Below the pieces are notes generated by a model. It had not been told where the DNA came from. It searched no databases and saw only the letters and a program-made list of their open reading frames with translations. Positions 1 through 8,750 of a DNA stretch of 64,000 nucleotides are shown piece after piece. A program made the position numbers and the translations under genes. Numbering within the stretch: position 1 is the stretch's first letter; each line of letters starts with the position of its first letter. The stretch lies in the IMG/VR virus record IMGVR_UViG_3300045741_000352, positions 1 through 64,000 of that record; one strand, written 5' to 3'. This DNA is from a virus.

Positions 1-174
1 TTTTTTGTTTTTGTGGATGTTTGCCCACAATCCAACGATGTTCACATCCAGGCTAAAACTTCGTCCACAGTCACTACACGTGACCACCTCATCAACGTAG
101 ACCTCAACAGCTATGTCTTTACTGCACAGGCAGGTGAACTCACAGGTAAAATCAATCACACGTAATTCTGGCAT
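1..174 (-). CDS. hypothetical Cys-rich protein; C-terminus runs off the window edge
   Basis: ATG at 174-172 with AGAGGAG 8 nt upstream. Frame is open down to base 1 (58 codons). A CxxxCxC...CxxC pattern suggests a zinc ribbon. Confidence 0.4.
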   Translation of the reverse strand, partial: MPELRVIDFTCEFTCLCSKDIAVEVYVDEVVTCSDCGRSFSLDVNIVGLWANIHKNKK

Positions 175-216
175 CGACTCAACTCCTCTGTGTTTAGTCT
201 ACCAATGCGTCACTTT

Positions 217-657
217 TTACGAAAAATCACCTACGATACAATCGTAGGTACCATCCCCGTGTCCAATACACGTTGCACTAATGCGAGCACGTATTAAATT
301 GTTGGGACCGCGCTCACTATCGTTGCATGTATGAAAGTCCTGTTCATCTCTATAAAAAGAAGGCCAGATTCTCTCATTCAAATTCGTTAAACTTCTGCGC
401 TCCGTAATGATCGCCTCCATCTCCGCACCGCTGATTTCTGTGTCGTATTCGTCACAAATGAACGCTTCAGGTTTCGACCAGAGCGCAATCCAATCTTCAA
501 GTGTGTTGATATGCTGCTCTGGTATGACGTGCAACGAGAAACACCAACCTGCACTGCTTTTACCGATGTGCAAACGTTCAAAAGATCGTCCACATGCCGG
601 ACAAGCCGGTTGTATCGACAGATAGTAATTTGTGCCCACGCTACTCTTCCTTATCAA
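217..657 (-). CDS. hypothetical phage protein with N-terminal CxxC
   Basis: 146-codon ORF in the track. Start is TTG at 657 or, more likely, GTG at 639 (AAGGAAG upstream, next to the stop of the upstream gene). Tightly packed on the same strand as its neighbours. Confidence 0.5.
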   Translation of the reverse strand: MIRKSSVGTNYYLSIQPACPACGRSFERLHIGKSSAGWCFSLHVIPEQHINTLEDWIALWSKPEAFICDEYDTEISGAEMEAIITERRSLTNLNERIWPSFYRDEQDFHTCNDSERGPNNLIRARISATCIGHGDGTYDCIVGDFS

Positions 658-958
658 TGTCCCGAAGTGTCTCTATTACCTTTTTTACGTCTTCCAGATT
701 ATCAACCCAGATGGCGACTGCCTTGAACCTCTCTAAATCCCGTAATCTCTTTTTTTGTCGCTCTGTTGGTGTATTCCCCGGTTGTTTCACCTCTACATAA
801 AGTGGTATAGCATATTTCAAATAGGACACAGGGACTAAAATTTCAACATCCGGCCACCCGCCTGTGCCGTAACTAGAGCCATGCACTTTTCGGGCGAGAC
901 ATCCCTGTTTCGTCGCGTAGTTGATGATACGCTCCGTCAGGGATGTCTCACGCGGCAT
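641..958 (-). CDS. VRR-NUC domain nuclease (PD-(D/E)xK fold)
   Basis: 105 aa. GGWPDVEIL ... YVEVKQPG matches the D...ExK core of VRR-NUC proteins, and the following RQKKRL region is typical. Lies next to the helicase and primase genes. Confidence 0.75.
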   Translation of the reverse strand: MPRETSLTERIINYATKQGCLARKVHGSSYGTGGWPDVEILVPVSYLKYAIPLYVEVKQPGNTPTERQKKRLRDLERFKAVAIWVDNLEDVKKVIETLRDIDKEE

Positions 959-968
959 GCACTGTTAC

Positions 969-1739
969 CTAAAATTCAATGTCGTCATCATCGGGATCAG
1001 GGTCAGTGTCACCGGCATACGTGCCACCGTCCTGTGTGGGATCACCACCACCGGAGGCAGCAGAAGGTACGGAAGGAAAAGCAATGGACGCACGAAACGC
1101 CTGAGCATAGGCACGCACGATAGCAAGCATCTCAGGTGTCAGTTTCGGGCCAGGGGCGAATGTTGCCACCATCCCAGGACCGCTACGACGCTCTGTCAGG
1201 CCAATCTTCGTGATCAGCCCGTAGCAATGTGTACCCGTAAGTGCGAGCTTTCTCAGGTATTTACGCGCCGGATTCAGCGACGTGCGAGGCAAAACCAACA
1301 ACGTAGGTGCTTGATTCTCTGGAAAGAGCAAATACAGCACGCGATATTGCTTACACCCGCAGTTAAATTCACCAAAACGGCACTTAAGACAATCACCGCC
1401 CGGATTTCCCACCCCTCGCATACCATCTGCAGATGTACAACGTGGAGCTGTAGGTGTAGACGGGTCGTAATTCCCTTCGTAGAACTGACGAATAGGGTGG
1501 TGATGAAGCACGATAGCGTCCAGTGTCTCTACTGCACGCTTCTTTCCTTCATCCGTTGGGACCGCATACGTCAATGACCCCGCAGAGGGGAACTGAATAC
1601 GGTCCAAATCAAAAGGGGAAAGACCATCACCACCATCTAGGCTTGATTCCCGCATCACGTCAACAACAGTCTCAATGTCCATATTGGCGATAGCGAGTGT
1701 TTTGATAACGGCAGGCAGGTTGGAAGTCTTCTCAGCCAT
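969..1739 (-). CDS. putative ssDNA-binding / recombination accessory protein
   Basis: 256 aa with a Cys cluster (CLKCRFGEFNCGC). A Gly/Pro-rich linker ends in the acidic tail DPDPDDDDIEF, which resembles the SSB C-terminal tail. Sits between the VRR-NUC and SNF2 helicase genes. Function is inferred only. Confidence 0.45.
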   Translation of the reverse strand: MAEKTSNLPAVIKTLAIANMDIETVVDVMRESSLDGGDGLSPFDLDRIQFPSAGSLTYAVPTDEGKKRAVETLDAIVLHHHPIRQFYEGNYDPSTPTAPRCTSADGMRGVGNPGGDCLKCRFGEFNCGCKQYRVLYLLFPENQAPTLLVLPRTSLNPARKYLRKLALTGTHCYGLITKIGLTERRSGPGMVATFAPGPKLTPEMLAIVRAYAQAFRASIAFPSVPSAASGGGDPTQDGGTYAGDTDPDPDDDDIEF

Positions 1740-1804
1740 TGTACTTTGTCCTTAGTGTTTTGCTGCATTATTGATGTGCGTTATACGACTTACGCACCGA
1801 ATAA

Positions 1805-2002
1805 TCAGTCTACGTGCAAAGCTGCACCAATCTGCGCGCCATCGAAGCCATTGGTAGACCCTGGCACAGTGTGTGTGGCTTCTTGCATGACATTGCAGTC
1901 CATGACATGCCGCACGTGGTACGAACCATCGTCGTAGATATCCACAGTCGCAGAACCACCCTTTTTCGTCGCCTCAAAAGTAATACGCTCAACAATCTTC
2001 AC
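1805..2002 (-). CDS. small hypothetical protein (about 65 aa)
   Basis: GTG at 2002 with GGAG 8 nt upstream. Overlaps the helicase stop by 14 nt. The longer ORF to 2200 would lie inside the helicase gene. Confidence 0.35.
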   Translation of the reverse strand: MKIVERITFEATKKGGSATVDIYDDGSYHVRHVMDCNVMQEATHTVPGSTNGFDGAQIGAALHVD

Positions 2003-3617
2003 GGGGAATCTCCAGTAAACTTTCAATAATGTTTCGACGCTGCGCCAATGCACGCCGAATACGGTAGTCAACGGTTTTGTTCGCAACAATGTGATAAAAC
2101 GTACAATTGCGTGTTTGTCCCGGCCTTGCCAGGCGTTTGATAGATTGTTCGTATTCCTCCAGAGAAAATGTGTAGCTGTAATACACGCCCAGACAGGCAC
2201 GTGTCATATCGACACCCACGGCACCACTCCGCAGTTGTGCCGCTAAAATGGGTGCTTTACCATGTTGCCAGGCTTCGAGTTCGTGCTTACGACCTGAGAG
2301 TTCGCAGCAGCCTCTTCCGAGCTTTTTTGCCACGTCTTGAACGGCTTGAAGATCATACCTGAATCGACAAAAAATAACAATAGGTTCATTTTTATCCAGA
2401 TCAGTTAGCAGATCAAATAGTACATTTTGTTTTGCTTCATGTATTACCTTTGTCTCGACATGAGCTACATCGTCATCATCAAGGAGTTCTACTGGCATGT
2501 GACCAGACGTAAGTTGTTGTAAACGTGTGTAGTTCACAGCCGCATTTGCGGAAGTGACCTCACCGTTGCCAATACGCACGTATAAATCCTCTCGAAGTGT
2601 TTCATAAATCTTCCGTGCCCTGGCTGGTAGATCGACAACGATGTCAGTGTGCTGTTCATCAATGTCAAGTTTAGGTGGTTCCACGTGAAACCTGATGGAG
2701 TTGATCAACTCCTGCATCTTTGCAACATTTTTATACCCAATGATCTGCCTGTTTTCGAAACCTCCCATCTCAAAAAATTCATCCTGGTGGCGCTTATAAC
2801 TTGTCCCAAAAATAGTAGGATCAAGAGCGCGATACACACCATATACATCATCAGGTCCATGTGGAAATGGCGTGCCTGACAAACCGAATACTGTTGGTAC
2901 TTGTGCGCCTAGTTGGTAGCAAAACTTCCCTGTATTCGTGCCAGCACCTTTCGCCCTTTGCACTTCATCGAGTACTAAAAGATCTATGTCCGCTCTCAGT
3001 GCAAAGTCCGCAAAATCATCACGCCAAAAACTGTCATAGTTAATAACGAGCACAACAGGTGTGTCGCGGTAGCTCAACAACTGTTGCTCAAGTGTTATTT
3101 TTGCTTCACGTGCTTTTACTGCCACTTTACCACTTATAAGCGGTACCACACGTACTTCAAGACCAGCATGGCGCTCGAATTGCACAGGCCAGACAGGTAT
3201 GACCGCTTTAGGGCACACGATGAGTGTCCGCATGACTTTCTTGTTGCAGATATAGTCCACGATAATGCGTGATTTGCCGCCGCGTCCCATCGGCAAATCA
3301 ATAAGCGCTGCATCTTTGTTCCAGATGAATCTCAGAGCCTCAAGTTGGTGCGGCCACGGGTCTGTCTTGCGACAGGTGGGGTAGACCGTTTTCGGGTCTT
3401 GATAGGGCTTCTGGATTGCAGCAACAGCCGCTTTTCCCTCAATTTGATCTATGAAGCGCCTCAGTGCTCGCTGTGATGTTTTCGGTATGAGCCAGGCATT
3501 CCCCATGTCTTTACGGAACTGCCTTCCAGGGATGACTTTAATCAATTCAACAGCATGCGAAGAATACGGAAATTTGACTTTGAATGAATTTGCAAGCTCT
3601 GTCACCTCAACCTTCAT
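1989..3617 (-). CDS. SNF2-family DNA helicase/translocase
   Basis: Motif I GRGGKS, motif II LVLDEVQ, motif III LSGTPFP, motif VI-like LARPGQTR. Start chosen at MKVEV (ATG 3617) behind GGAGGTTGTA, rather than the upstream ATG at 3683. Confidence 0.85.
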   Translation of the reverse strand: MKVEVTELANSFKVKFPYSSHAVELIKVIPGRQFRKDMGNAWLIPKTSQRALRRFIDQIEGKAAVAAIQKPYQDPKTVYPTCRKTDPWPHQLEALRFIWNKDAALIDLPMGRGGKSRIIVDYICNKKVMRTLIVCPKAVIPVWPVQFERHAGLEVRVVPLISGKVAVKAREAKITLEQQLLSYRDTPVVLVINYDSFWRDDFADFALRADIDLLVLDEVQRAKGAGTNTGKFCYQLGAQVPTVFGLSGTPFPHGPDDVYGVYRALDPTIFGTSYKRHQDEFFEMGGFENRQIIGYKNVAKMQELINSIRFHVEPPKLDIDEQHTDIVVDLPARARKIYETLREDLYVRIGNGEVTSANAAVNYTRLQQLTSGHMPVELLDDDDVAHVETKVIHEAKQNVLFDLLTDLDKNEPIVIFCRFRYDLQAVQDVAKKLGRGCCELSGRKHELEAWQHGKAPILAAQLRSGAVGVDMTRACLGVYYSYTFSLEEYEQSIKRLARPGQTRNCTFYHIVANKTVDYRIRRALAQRRNIIESLLEIPREDC

Positions 3618-3706
3618 TACAACCTCCAAAACGCGATAACACAACCCGCAAGTAGTATTACCCACAAGAAAATGAGTGCCCACACATCTTCAACTTCCAA
3701 TGCCAT
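3617..3706 (-). CDS. possible 29-aa hydrophobic peptide
   Basis: MALEVEDVWALIFLWVILLAGCVIAFWRL. Its TAA shares a base with the helicase ATG (TAATG coupling). The AGGAG lies only 1 nt from the ATG, so the start is doubtful. Confidence 0.3.
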   Translation of the reverse strand: MALEVEDVWALIFLWVILLAGCVIAFWRL

Positions 3707-3710
3707 ACTC

Positions 3711-4064
3711 CTACAGCACATCGTACATATAGCACGTGTTAGAACAATACACGTGATTGCCGTTTCCACCGAAAACTGTTTCTGCTTCTGTTTGCTGCTT
3801 TCCACATACCTCACACGTCGTTATACCATTAAAAGATTCATAAAATCCTAAACCCTTTGATGGAAATTGATTTCTCGTTAAATCAATAATGATACCATTA
3901 TCTTCCACCCACCAATGTTGTTGTGGCCCCCATATTGGACAATGGTAGTATCCCCGAACCAGTGTTGCAGTTGGGTGTTCTTTCACATATTCTTCAGAAA
4001 GAATCTTACATTTCCCTCGGTACTTCATATAATCGCTACTATCGGTTGTCACGTCACGCTCCAC
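3711..4064 (-). CDS. hypothetical phage protein (C-terminal CxxC...CxxxC)
   Basis: 117-codon ORF and first gene of the leftward unit. A divergent intergenic region (4065-4175) lies upstream. Confidence 0.55.
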   Translation of the reverse strand: MERDVTTDSSDYMKYRGKCKILSEEYVKEHPTATLVRGYYHCPIWGPQQHWWVEDNGIIIDLTRNQFPSKGLGFYESFNGITTCEVCGKQQTEAETVFGGNGNHVYCSNTCYMYDVL

Positions 4065-4175
4065 TTTTGATTACCTCCTCTTTGTTTTTGCGCCTTGCAT
4101 TCACCAACTACCTGCAACTATAATTGCAAACGTGAATCAACGCAAGTCAAAAATATATACCAGGGAGGTGTCATT

Positions 4176-4409
4176 GTGGCGTGGTCAGAAATTGCCCTTT
4201 ATCATTTAGATGCGCTGCGAGAAGCGCTCTTGTCTCGCCCTGATTTATGGCCTACAATTGCCAAGCGTGCTAGAGTCGGCCCCCGCACTGTGATCGGTAT
4301 TGCCCGAAATCAGTCCGACTACCGCAATCCCACCCTTGAAACCCTTCTCAACATTGCCGATGCGTTTGAAGAACTCGACAGTAGGGAGCCGTCTCATGCC
4401 GTTATTTGA
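4176..4409 (+). CDS. small helix-turn-helix DNA-binding protein (Cro/XRE-like)
   Basis: GTG at 4176 with GGGAGG 7 nt upstream. IAKRARVGPRTVIGIARN reads as an HTH. Overlaps the primase start by 14 nt. Confidence 0.55.
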   Translation: MAWSEIALYHLDALREALLSRPDLWPTIAKRARVGPRTVIGIARNQSDYRNPTLETLLNIADAFEELDSREPSHAVI

Positions 4410-5895
4410 CTCGGAAAATATACCCAATATACCTGAAAACATGCGTGCTTTACTATGTTGGGTCAATTGGAAATACGTCACGAGGAAGGGGAAAAAAACT
4501 AAGGTTCCCATCAACAGCCGTACACTGAAAAACGCTTCATCGACTGACCCTGACAGTTGGAGCAGTTTTGCACAAGCTGTGGCAGTAGCGCAACAATATC
4601 CCGAACAGTATGGCATTGGTTTTGTTTTTACACAGCCGCACATCGGGGTTGACCTTGACCACTGCGTTATCGGTGATCCTTCAGACCAACGACTGAATGA
4701 TTTCGCCTGTGAACTCTTAGCAAACTACCGGCACACGTATGCGGAAATGAGCCCGTCAGGTTTAGGTGTGCATATCTACACACAAGGCGACTATCCTGGT
4801 GAAGATCAACGAGGCGTCAAATCACCGCAGGGTGAGATGTACACTACCGGACGCTTTTTCACCGTCACAGGTGAGCGCATCCCCGAACACCCAACCACAG
4901 TAGCCGCGTCATCTGATACACTTCTTGCTTTAACCTACCGACTTTTTGCACCACAAACTACGTCAAGCACACTTGCACAGCCTGTGCATGTCGAATCCAG
5001 CGACGACTCCCCACCAGACGCCACACTTTTTGAGGCACTGGTTGATCTCGAACCCCTATTTACTTCCACGTGGGAAATGCAACGGAAAATTGAAGGGCCG
5101 AAGGGTGACAACACACCTTCAGCATACCTCATGTCGCTTGCCAGGATGGCCGTATTTGCCCATTGGCCCGACCAGGAGATAGTGAGACTCCTGCAAACCT
5201 TTTTACGCAAGCACGGCCTTCCTAGAGGGCACAAACGTAAAATTGAGCGAACCATCGAGAAAGCACACGATGGAGAAAATGATGCACAGGATGATAGAGA
5301 GATTGACAAAGCGGCAGAAGACACAGAAACACAACTGCGACAGGGTAAAATCAATCAAGTCCTTCATCTTGGCATTGCTAAAATTGTGCAGATGGGTCGT
5401 GATGAGGCTGTCTACCGTCTCTACCTCCAATCGGGGTATGTTCTCGACCTGGGTACCTATAAAAATGCGTGGTCGTTTGGGACATGGCAGCGTATTTGTT
5501 TTGAACACACCGGGCGAGCCCCTGTTATGTCCGTGTCAAAATGGGGGAAGATCGTCAAGCTGCTGCACATGGATGTAATGTACGAGGAAAGTCCGGGTGT
5601 CTCAGTGACCGCAGAGACTCAGCATTGGATCAACGACTACACCGCCAATATCCAAAGGTACCCTGACGAAGCGGAAACACTGAGACGTAACCGACCTTTT
5701 CACTCTCCCCCGTATACCTATCTCCATCTTGACGCTTTCCTCCGCCACGTCCATATCAATTTCAGTGTGCGACTGACCCGCGTAGCTCTCGCCAACAAAC
5801 TACGTGTGCTCGGTTGGGAAGAAACCCCGCTGTCACGCACCGATGAGCTGACACAACTCACCGTCCAGAAAACCTACTGGCAGCACAGTGATTGA
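4396..5895 (+). CDS. bifunctional DNA primase-polymerase (archaeo-eukaryotic primase fold)
   Basis: Start MPLFD (ATG 4396, GGGAG upstream). GIGFVF...IGVDLDHC (DxD) and SPSGLGVHIY (sxH) are AEP prim-pol motifs. 499 aa, with no helicase domain visible. Confidence 0.8.
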   Translation: MPLFDSENIPNIPENMRALLCWVNWKYVTRKGKKTKVPINSRTLKNASSTDPDSWSSFAQAVAVAQQYPEQYGIGFVFTQPHIGVDLDHCVIGDPSDQRLNDFACELLANYRHTYAEMSPSGLGVHIYTQGDYPGEDQRGVKSPQGEMYTTGRFFTVTGERIPEHPTTVAASSDTLLALTYRLFAPQTTSSTLAQPVHVESSDDSPPDATLFEALVDLEPLFTSTWEMQRKIEGPKGDNTPSAYLMSLARMAVFAHWPDQEIVRLLQTFLRKHGLPRGHKRKIERTIEKAHDGENDAQDDREIDKAAEDTETQLRQGKINQVLHLGIAKIVQMGRDEAVYRLYLQSGYVLDLGTYKNAWSFGTWQRICFEHTGRAPVMSVSKWGKIVKLLHMDVMYEESPGVSVTAETQHWINDYTANIQRYPDEAETLRRNRPFHSPPYTYLHLDAFLRHVHINFSVRLTRVALANKLRVLGWEETPLSRTDELTQLTVQKTYWQHSD

Positions 5896-6065
5896 CATTT
5901 GCGGTGTCTCTTTGTATATTTATGTTGTCAGACCTACCCTCCATCCGTTTGACGCTTTGCATGTGCCTCTGTAGTCGGTAGACCCACACTACCGACTACA
6001 CAAAATCCACACCAAAAAATTGAACTACTCCCACGAAGCGAAACACCACCACGCCCTAAAACTGT

Positions 6066-6161
6066 GGACAGCGCCCAACTTCTTATATACAAATTTTAGA
6101 GCTGCCTATGATTTTAGCGTTGGCAGCTCTAAAATCAAAACAGAGAAGTTGGGCACTGTCC
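6066..6161. repeat. 96-bp imperfect palindrome (nested hairpin)
   Basis: Inner stem ATTTTAGAGCTGCC (6093-6106) pairs with GGCAGCTCTAAAAT (6122-6135) across a 15-nt loop. Outer arms 6066-6083 and 6144-6161 pair with one mismatch. Confidence 0.85.
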
Positions 6162-6175
6162 CAAATGTCTGTAAG
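6117..6175. repeat. left copy of the 59-bp inverted repeat (partner 14255-14313)
   Basis: The reverse complement of 14255-14313 matches 6117-6175 at 58 of 59 positions (checked base by base). Confidence 0.9.
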
Positions 6176-6199
6176 TATTTATATCTTATGTGCTTATCT

Positions 6200-6228
6200 G
6201 TGGACAGCTTCACGTGTATACTGTCCAC
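6200..6228. promoter_or_regulatory. GTGGACAG dyad (candidate operator)
   Basis: GTGGACAG-13 nt-CTGTCCAC. The same 8-mer also occurs at 6064, 6411 and 14002, and its GTGGAC core is the unit of the 13337-13413 array. Confidence 0.4.
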
Positions 6229-6265
6229 GACTTTGTATATTTCCCTATTTTTTCTCTGTATATAT

Positions 6266-6347
6266 GGGTGAAACACCCCACGAACAACCCTTGACAAATA
6301 CCCCATATTTTTTGTAGTGTATAAATGTAGTGTGAAACACCCTAAAA
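6266..6347 (+). promoter_or_regulatory. promoter-like module A upstream of the RHH gene
   Basis: Three motifs (GGGTGAAACACCCCACG, TTTTTTGTAGTG, GTGTGAAACACCCTAAAA) recur collinearly at 14077-14160. Contains TTGACA (6291) and TATAAA (6320), but they are 23 nt apart, which is non-canonical. Confidence 0.4.
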
Positions 6348-6359
6348 CGAGGATTATTT

Positions 6360-6815
6360 ATGAAAAAAATCGAGGTTATTCTTGATGATTCTGTGCATTC
6401 TCAGCTTGTTGTGGACAGCAAAAAACAAAGGCGGTCACTCAAACAGCATGTGCTGTGGCTCCTAGAGCAACATATACAATCCTGTGCTGTACCGACTACA
6501 CAGCATGATCCCGATGTGCTAGATGAGCACATCACGTCTTTTTTCGAGACGGAGACACTCGGACTTTCAAAGAAAGACGCCCTCCAGAGCTATGACAGCT
6601 TTGTAGAAGAAAACGGCACTCACTGGCTTGTACTTGACGACTTTCTTGAATATCTGCGAAATACAGCGCACGTGCAGGCACGGCGAGATCGTGTGACGCA
6701 GCGACTTACAAAAAACGGCTGGTTTTACGTGCGACTAGGCGAGAAGGACGTGCTCTCAGGTGTGGTAGAGGACCGTGTGTATTATTGTCACGAAAATTTT
6801 GGGGTTGCGGAATGA
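6360..6815 (+). CDS. ribbon-helix-helix DNA-binding protein with a C-terminal primase-C-terminus-like segment
   Basis: N-terminus KKIEVILDDSVHSQLVVDSKKQRRSLKQHVLWLLEQH has the RHH pattern. The C-terminal LDDFLEYLRN...GW resembles the prim-pol C-terminus. Confidence 0.6.
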   Translation: MKKIEVILDDSVHSQLVVDSKKQRRSLKQHVLWLLEQHIQSCAVPTTQHDPDVLDEHITSFFETETLGLSKKDALQSYDSFVEENGTHWLVLDDFLEYLRNTAHVQARRDRVTQRLTKNGWFYVRLGEKDVLSGVVEDRVYYCHENFGVAE

Positions 6816-7282
6816 CTGACGACTACATAAAAGTGATCGAACGACTAGATGAAATAGCCGATTGTGTACTACGGCTTGAAGCGAATATGATTGACCTTCA
6901 GGCGCAGCTAGACACACTGGTACCCCGGAGCCGCCGGAGTGCGTCTGTCGGCAATGAGGCGAGTTTTGCAACAATACAAGCAGCTCTAGCACATTATCTT
7001 ACGATGGCACAACCTGTCGGCTATGATAATTTTGCGACAGGTGTACCGCTGCTTGGCGCTCCCAATGGAGCGGAGTACGGCTATTACATACGGCTGACAC
7101 ATGCATGCCCCTGGCTTGCACAGAGGTACCCCCGTTTAACGTTCGGTCCACAATATGTGCGTCACTACCTCATGCTTCACCAATGGCACCAAACACGGCT
7201 TGTCATGCGTGACACGCACGGTAGACCGCATCGCTTGCGTTACTGGTACCATGCAGAAACAAAAAAAAGCCTCACAGCCTAG
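6812..7282 (+). CDS. hypothetical protein
   Basis: ATG 6812 overlaps the upstream stop (ATGA). 156 aa, followed directly by a strong terminator. Confidence 0.55.
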   Translation: MTDDYIKVIERLDEIADCVLRLEANMIDLQAQLDTLVPRSRRSASVGNEASFATIQAALAHYLTMAQPVGYDNFATGVPLLGAPNGAEYGYYIRLTHACPWLAQRYPRLTFGPQYVRHYLMLHQWHQTRLVMRDTHGRPHRLRYWYHAETKKSLTA

Positions 7283-7299
7283 GCTGTGAGGCTTTTTTT
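7261..7299. terminator. bidirectional intrinsic terminator
   Basis: A8-AGCCTCACAGCCTAGGCTGTGAGGCT-T7: a perfect 12-bp palindromic stem flanked by A and T runs, lying between convergent genes. Confidence 0.85.
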
Positions 7300-7636
7300 A
7301 GGTGAGTTGTCGCACCCACCACTCAGACAGAGGTATTTTCTGCGCTTGATGTTCGCTGTCGTTTTGCACTAAATACAGCACACCTTCTATCTCTTCTGTG
7401 TGCATGTTGCGCCAGAGTTGTACAGGTAAACGTTCTGAGAGTCGTACTGCAAGTGTTTCTGTGCGTATAGTGCGTATGAGACGTGTGATACTGTAGGTAT
7501 CTTCTTTCGCAATTTGCGCGAGACCGCGTTGTACGGCTTTGTCTATTTCTTTTTTACGCTCAAGGTACACGGTTCTTGCATATCCTGGGGTTGCTATAAT
7601 TTTGCTATCGTCATACGGTGTATATTGCACTGTCAC
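7298..7636 (-). CDS. hypothetical protein
   Basis: The ORF reaches 7726, but likely starts are GTG at 7636 or 7630 behind AGGGAG, just overlapping the stop of the upstream gene. Confidence 0.45.
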   Translation of the reverse strand: MTVQYTPYDDSKIIATPGYARTVYLERKKEIDKAVQRGLAQIAKEDTYSITRLIRTIRTETLAVRLSERLPVQLWRNMHTEEIEGVLYLVQNDSEHQAQKIPLSEWWVRQLT

Positions 7637-8231
7637 ATTCTCCCTGATCGTAAATACCACACCATGCGACATGCCAGTATGACACGTCGTCGGCGTTCTT
7701 GAATTTGTCGGGATACTTTGCCGCAATCAAACGACACCAACCGTCGTATAGATCACAGCAGAGTCCCAGACCGGCGCATGTGGCGATGTAGGTTTTGATG
7801 CGTGCCTCTAGCGCTGTCGCACTGACAGGCACACGTGCAAACGCTTTGGGGTCAAGGCCCAGCGTTTGTAGGTTGTGACGGTCCAAACAGCCTACAGTAC
7901 CGCATATGAGCTGCATAATAAAGCCGGCCTTGACAATACCGATGTGCGGTATATCAATCAACGCTCGCATTTTACTATGGTCTGATACATCAGGATTATG
8001 GAAAAGATCCAGGTACCTATCGGCGCTTTGTGTGACGTAAGCGATACCGTTTTTCTGAGTGCGTGTGAGGTACTTCGCGCTGTCCAGGCCAACACTATGC
8101 AAGTCTGCCAGCACAGCACCGACACGGTGGAAGTGTTGGTTTTGTGTGGCGATAACAAAAGTTACCACGTCGATAAACCCCCCGGCTGTTGTGGCATGCT
8201 GGGCTATGAGTGGTTGGTGTTCAGCGTACAT
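7611..8231 (-). CDS. hypothetical protein with a helix-hairpin-helix-like segment
   Basis: 206 aa. IDIPHIGIVKAGFIMQLICGTVGCLDRHNL resembles the HhH plus catalytic-Asp region of HhH-GPD-type enzymes. The family is not established. Confidence 0.5.
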   Translation of the reverse strand: MYAEHQPLIAQHATTAGGFIDVVTFVIATQNQHFHRVGAVLADLHSVGLDSAKYLTRTQKNGIAYVTQSADRYLDLFHNPDVSDHSKMRALIDIPHIGIVKAGFIMQLICGTVGCLDRHNLQTLGLDPKAFARVPVSATALEARIKTYIATCAGLGLCCDLYDGWCRLIAAKYPDKFKNADDVSYWHVAWCGIYDQGECDSAIYTV

Positions 8232-8730
8232 GGTGTGCTCCTATTAGTTGTCGTTCGGCAAATGAAAAGTAATCATATGTCGGGGCGTGTACAGGGAAAC
8301 CGACGATAACATGGTCAAGTACGGGAATTTCGAGATAGTTCCCAGCTTCCACGAGTTTAATCGTTAGCTTTTTATCGGCTTCTGATGGTTGGACATTACC
8401 GCTAGGGTGATTGTGCACGCAGACAATACTGGTCGCGTTTGCCAGTATGGCTGTCTTGAAAATTTCACGTACTGACACCAGAGAGGCGTTGATTGTGCCG
8501 ATACTAACAGTCTGTATGGCAATGACACGATTGCCGTTGTCCAGGCAACACACAAGGAAGTGTTCACGATCAGCATTTTCCAATAATTGTGCTGCGATGT
8601 GTGCCACAAGCGATGTGGTTGACGCTGGCTCGCCGATGGGGAATTGATAGCGTACCGTCTCTTCCCTGACCAATTGCAGCTTGTAGAGTTGTACATCATA
8701 CTGGTGCACTTTGTTGGCCTTAATTAACAT
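8221..8730 (-). CDS. radC: RadC-like JAB/MPN domain protein
   Basis: HNHPSGNVQPSEAD is the JAMM motif of the RadC family. Size (169 aa) and the C-terminal DYFSF region are typical. Confidence 0.85.
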   Translation of the reverse strand: MLIKANKVHQYDVQLYKLQLVREETVRYQFPIGEPASTTSLVAHIAAQLLENADREHFLVCCLDNGNRVIAIQTVSIGTINASLVSVREIFKTAILANATSIVCVHNHPSGNVQPSEADKKLTIKLVEAGNYLEIPVLDHVIVGFPVHAPTYDYFSFAERQLIGAHHVR

Positions 8731-8750
8731 GATGTGGCGCTCCTATGATG

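Noticed and set aside
1805-2200. 131-codon ORF overlapping the 3' end of the helicase gene
   Set aside because: Only the distal 65 codons, from GTG 2002 with its own GGAG, lie outside the helicase. The rest is an alternate frame of a well-supported gene.
6020-6317. ORFs of 66-83 codons in the 5.9-6.36 kb intergenic region
   Set aside because: They lie across the palindrome and promoter-like motifs. The similarity to 14234-14602 is explained by the DNA inverted repeat, not by protein homology.
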